A DNA stretch of 64,000 bases from a virus (lineage: Duplodnaviria > Caudoviricetes). The first letter of the stretch is position 1. Each line of letters begins with the position of its first letter. Where the stretch lies: the IMG/VR virus record IMGVR_UViG_3300026549_000046, positions 68,048-132,047 of that record; one strand, written 5' to 3'. The notes below the pieces were generated by a model. It did no database searches. It was not told the origin of the DNA and saw only the letters and a program-made list of their open reading frames with translations. A program made the position numbers and the translations under genes. Positions 63,184 through 64,000 of this stretch are shown here, piece by piece.

Positions 63184-63831
63184 TTAATTTTTATCTGGCC
63201 CTAGAATAAATGAACCAGTACCATTATTTCCAAAGAGTTTACCACTAACCTTATCGTAGAGATAACCTGTAGTGCCTACACGAACTGGAATCATATCCCT
63301 AACCAATATGCCAACACTATCTTTTAATAAAAATCTTTTTAATTTTATAAAAGCCTTATTCTGTGCAAGCCACTCATGCGTTCCGTCACTCCAAAATAGA
63401 AAACAGTTACCTCCTGCATAAAAAGGGCTAACATTTTCTTTACTAAATTCTACTCCGTTTACAATTATTTTGTGTTGGTGTACTACAACAGTACTAAAAT
63501 CATCAAGTAATGTAGTATCTTTAATTGAAACGTTTGTAACGTTATTGTAGGCTAAGGACATATACCATATATTATTATAAAAATAATTTGCCAATAAATA
63601 CATTTGTTTTCTATTGGCAGTACTATAAGCTTCACTTACAGCTGAACCAATTACGGATGAATTGTTCACATTTCTTTTCAGCTGGAACGTGATAGTCATT
63701 TCCATATCACTAAAAAGAGGAATACCTGTATCTATATACTGCATACCACTACTTTCAAGATACTCAATCTCCGCATCATAAGGCAGTTTCTTACCACCCA
63801 TAACTCTACGTCTATCAATAATTCTACCCAT
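63184..63831 (-). CDS. Putative receptor-binding/tail-fibre domain protein (lectin/LamG-like beta-sandwich), 215 aa
   Basis: Complete ORF. EYLESSGxQYIDTG ... RDMIPV..GYLYDKVSGKLFGN.GTGSF is a pattern seen in Bacteroidota phage fibre modules. The fold call is tentative. Confidence 0.55.
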   Translation of the reverse strand: MGRIIDRRRVMGGKKLPYDAEIEYLESSGMQYIDTGIPLFSDMEMTITFQLKRNVNNSSVIGSAVSEAYSTANRKQMYLLANYFYNNIWYMSLAYNNVTNVSIKDTTLLDDFSTVVVHQHKIIVNGVEFSKENVSPFYAGGNCFLFWSDGTHEWLAQNKAFIKLKRFLLKDSVGILVRDMIPVRVGTTGYLYDKVSGKLFGNNGTGSFILGPDKN

Positions 63832-63834
63832 ATC

Positions 63835-64000
63835 TTACTCTCCTTCATTAGTTGGTACAACAATCTCAACACTCGCAATAATCCAAGCACTACCATTCCA
63901 CAGGCAACTAACTTCATAGGTCTTGCCAGATTCAATCTCATAACCATCTTGATAATACACATTAGGAGCAACACCACTTTCAATAGCAGTAGAAGTAATA
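63835..64000 (-). CDS. C-terminal end of an upstream fibre-associated gene (partial)
   Basis: Open frame ITSTAIESGVAPNVYYQDGYEIESGKTYEVSCLWNGSAWIIASVEIVVPTNEGE* ending TAA at 63835-63837, 3 nt before the next ATG. Confidence 0.65.
   Translation of the reverse strand, partial: ITSTAIESGVAPNVYYQDGYEIESGKTYEVSCLWNGSAWIIASVEIVVPTNEGE

Noticed and set aside
62617-64000. Diversity-generating retroelement target in the fibre genes
   Set aside because: No reverse transcriptase and no template/variable repeat pair visible in the window.
1-64000. Suppressor tRNA, release factor or aminoacyl-tRNA synthetase for the recoding
   Set aside because: Intergenic gaps are short and I saw no cloverleaf or such ORF. 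They may lie outside the window; a tRNAscan-SE run would settle it.

Overview
AT-rich segment of a crAss-like (Crassvirales-type) Bacteroidota phage. It covers the late/virion operon, and every real gene is on the minus strand. The phage reads TAG as Gln (translation table 15), so the supplied standard-code ORF track is fragmented. With TAG read through, the fragments join in frame into tightly packed genes that end in TAA/TGA. In transcription order (right to left): tail-fibre/receptor-binding genes, an HTH gene, a Flg_new-repeat protein, an acidic scaffold-like protein, and the major capsid gene. The capsid gene is split into 8 exons by 7 group I introns, five of which carry GIY-YIG homing endonucleases. 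Next come conserved neck/tail ring genes, two IHF-like genes, two tail stabilisation proteins, cargo proteins, DUF192, a tail lysozyme and a holin. The window ends with four large putative ejected proteins: an SF1-helicase-domain protein, the virion RNA polymerase (a group I intron splits its DxDxD catalytic motif), a zincin and a PD-(D/E)xK nuclease-domain protein. Best leads: (1) capsid intron 7 starts with a 25/29-nt copy of the last exon, so the unspliced RNA still encodes a full capsid protein; (2) two related introns lack P9, and one has lost its endonuclease; (3) the homing endonucleases have no TAG codons although host genes have many; (4) a head-to-tail terminal-cysteine pattern links the four large proteins. 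Long ORFs were checked by hand (start/stop codons, frame arithmetic, partial translation), not codon by codon. Family assignments come from motif recognition, not database searches.
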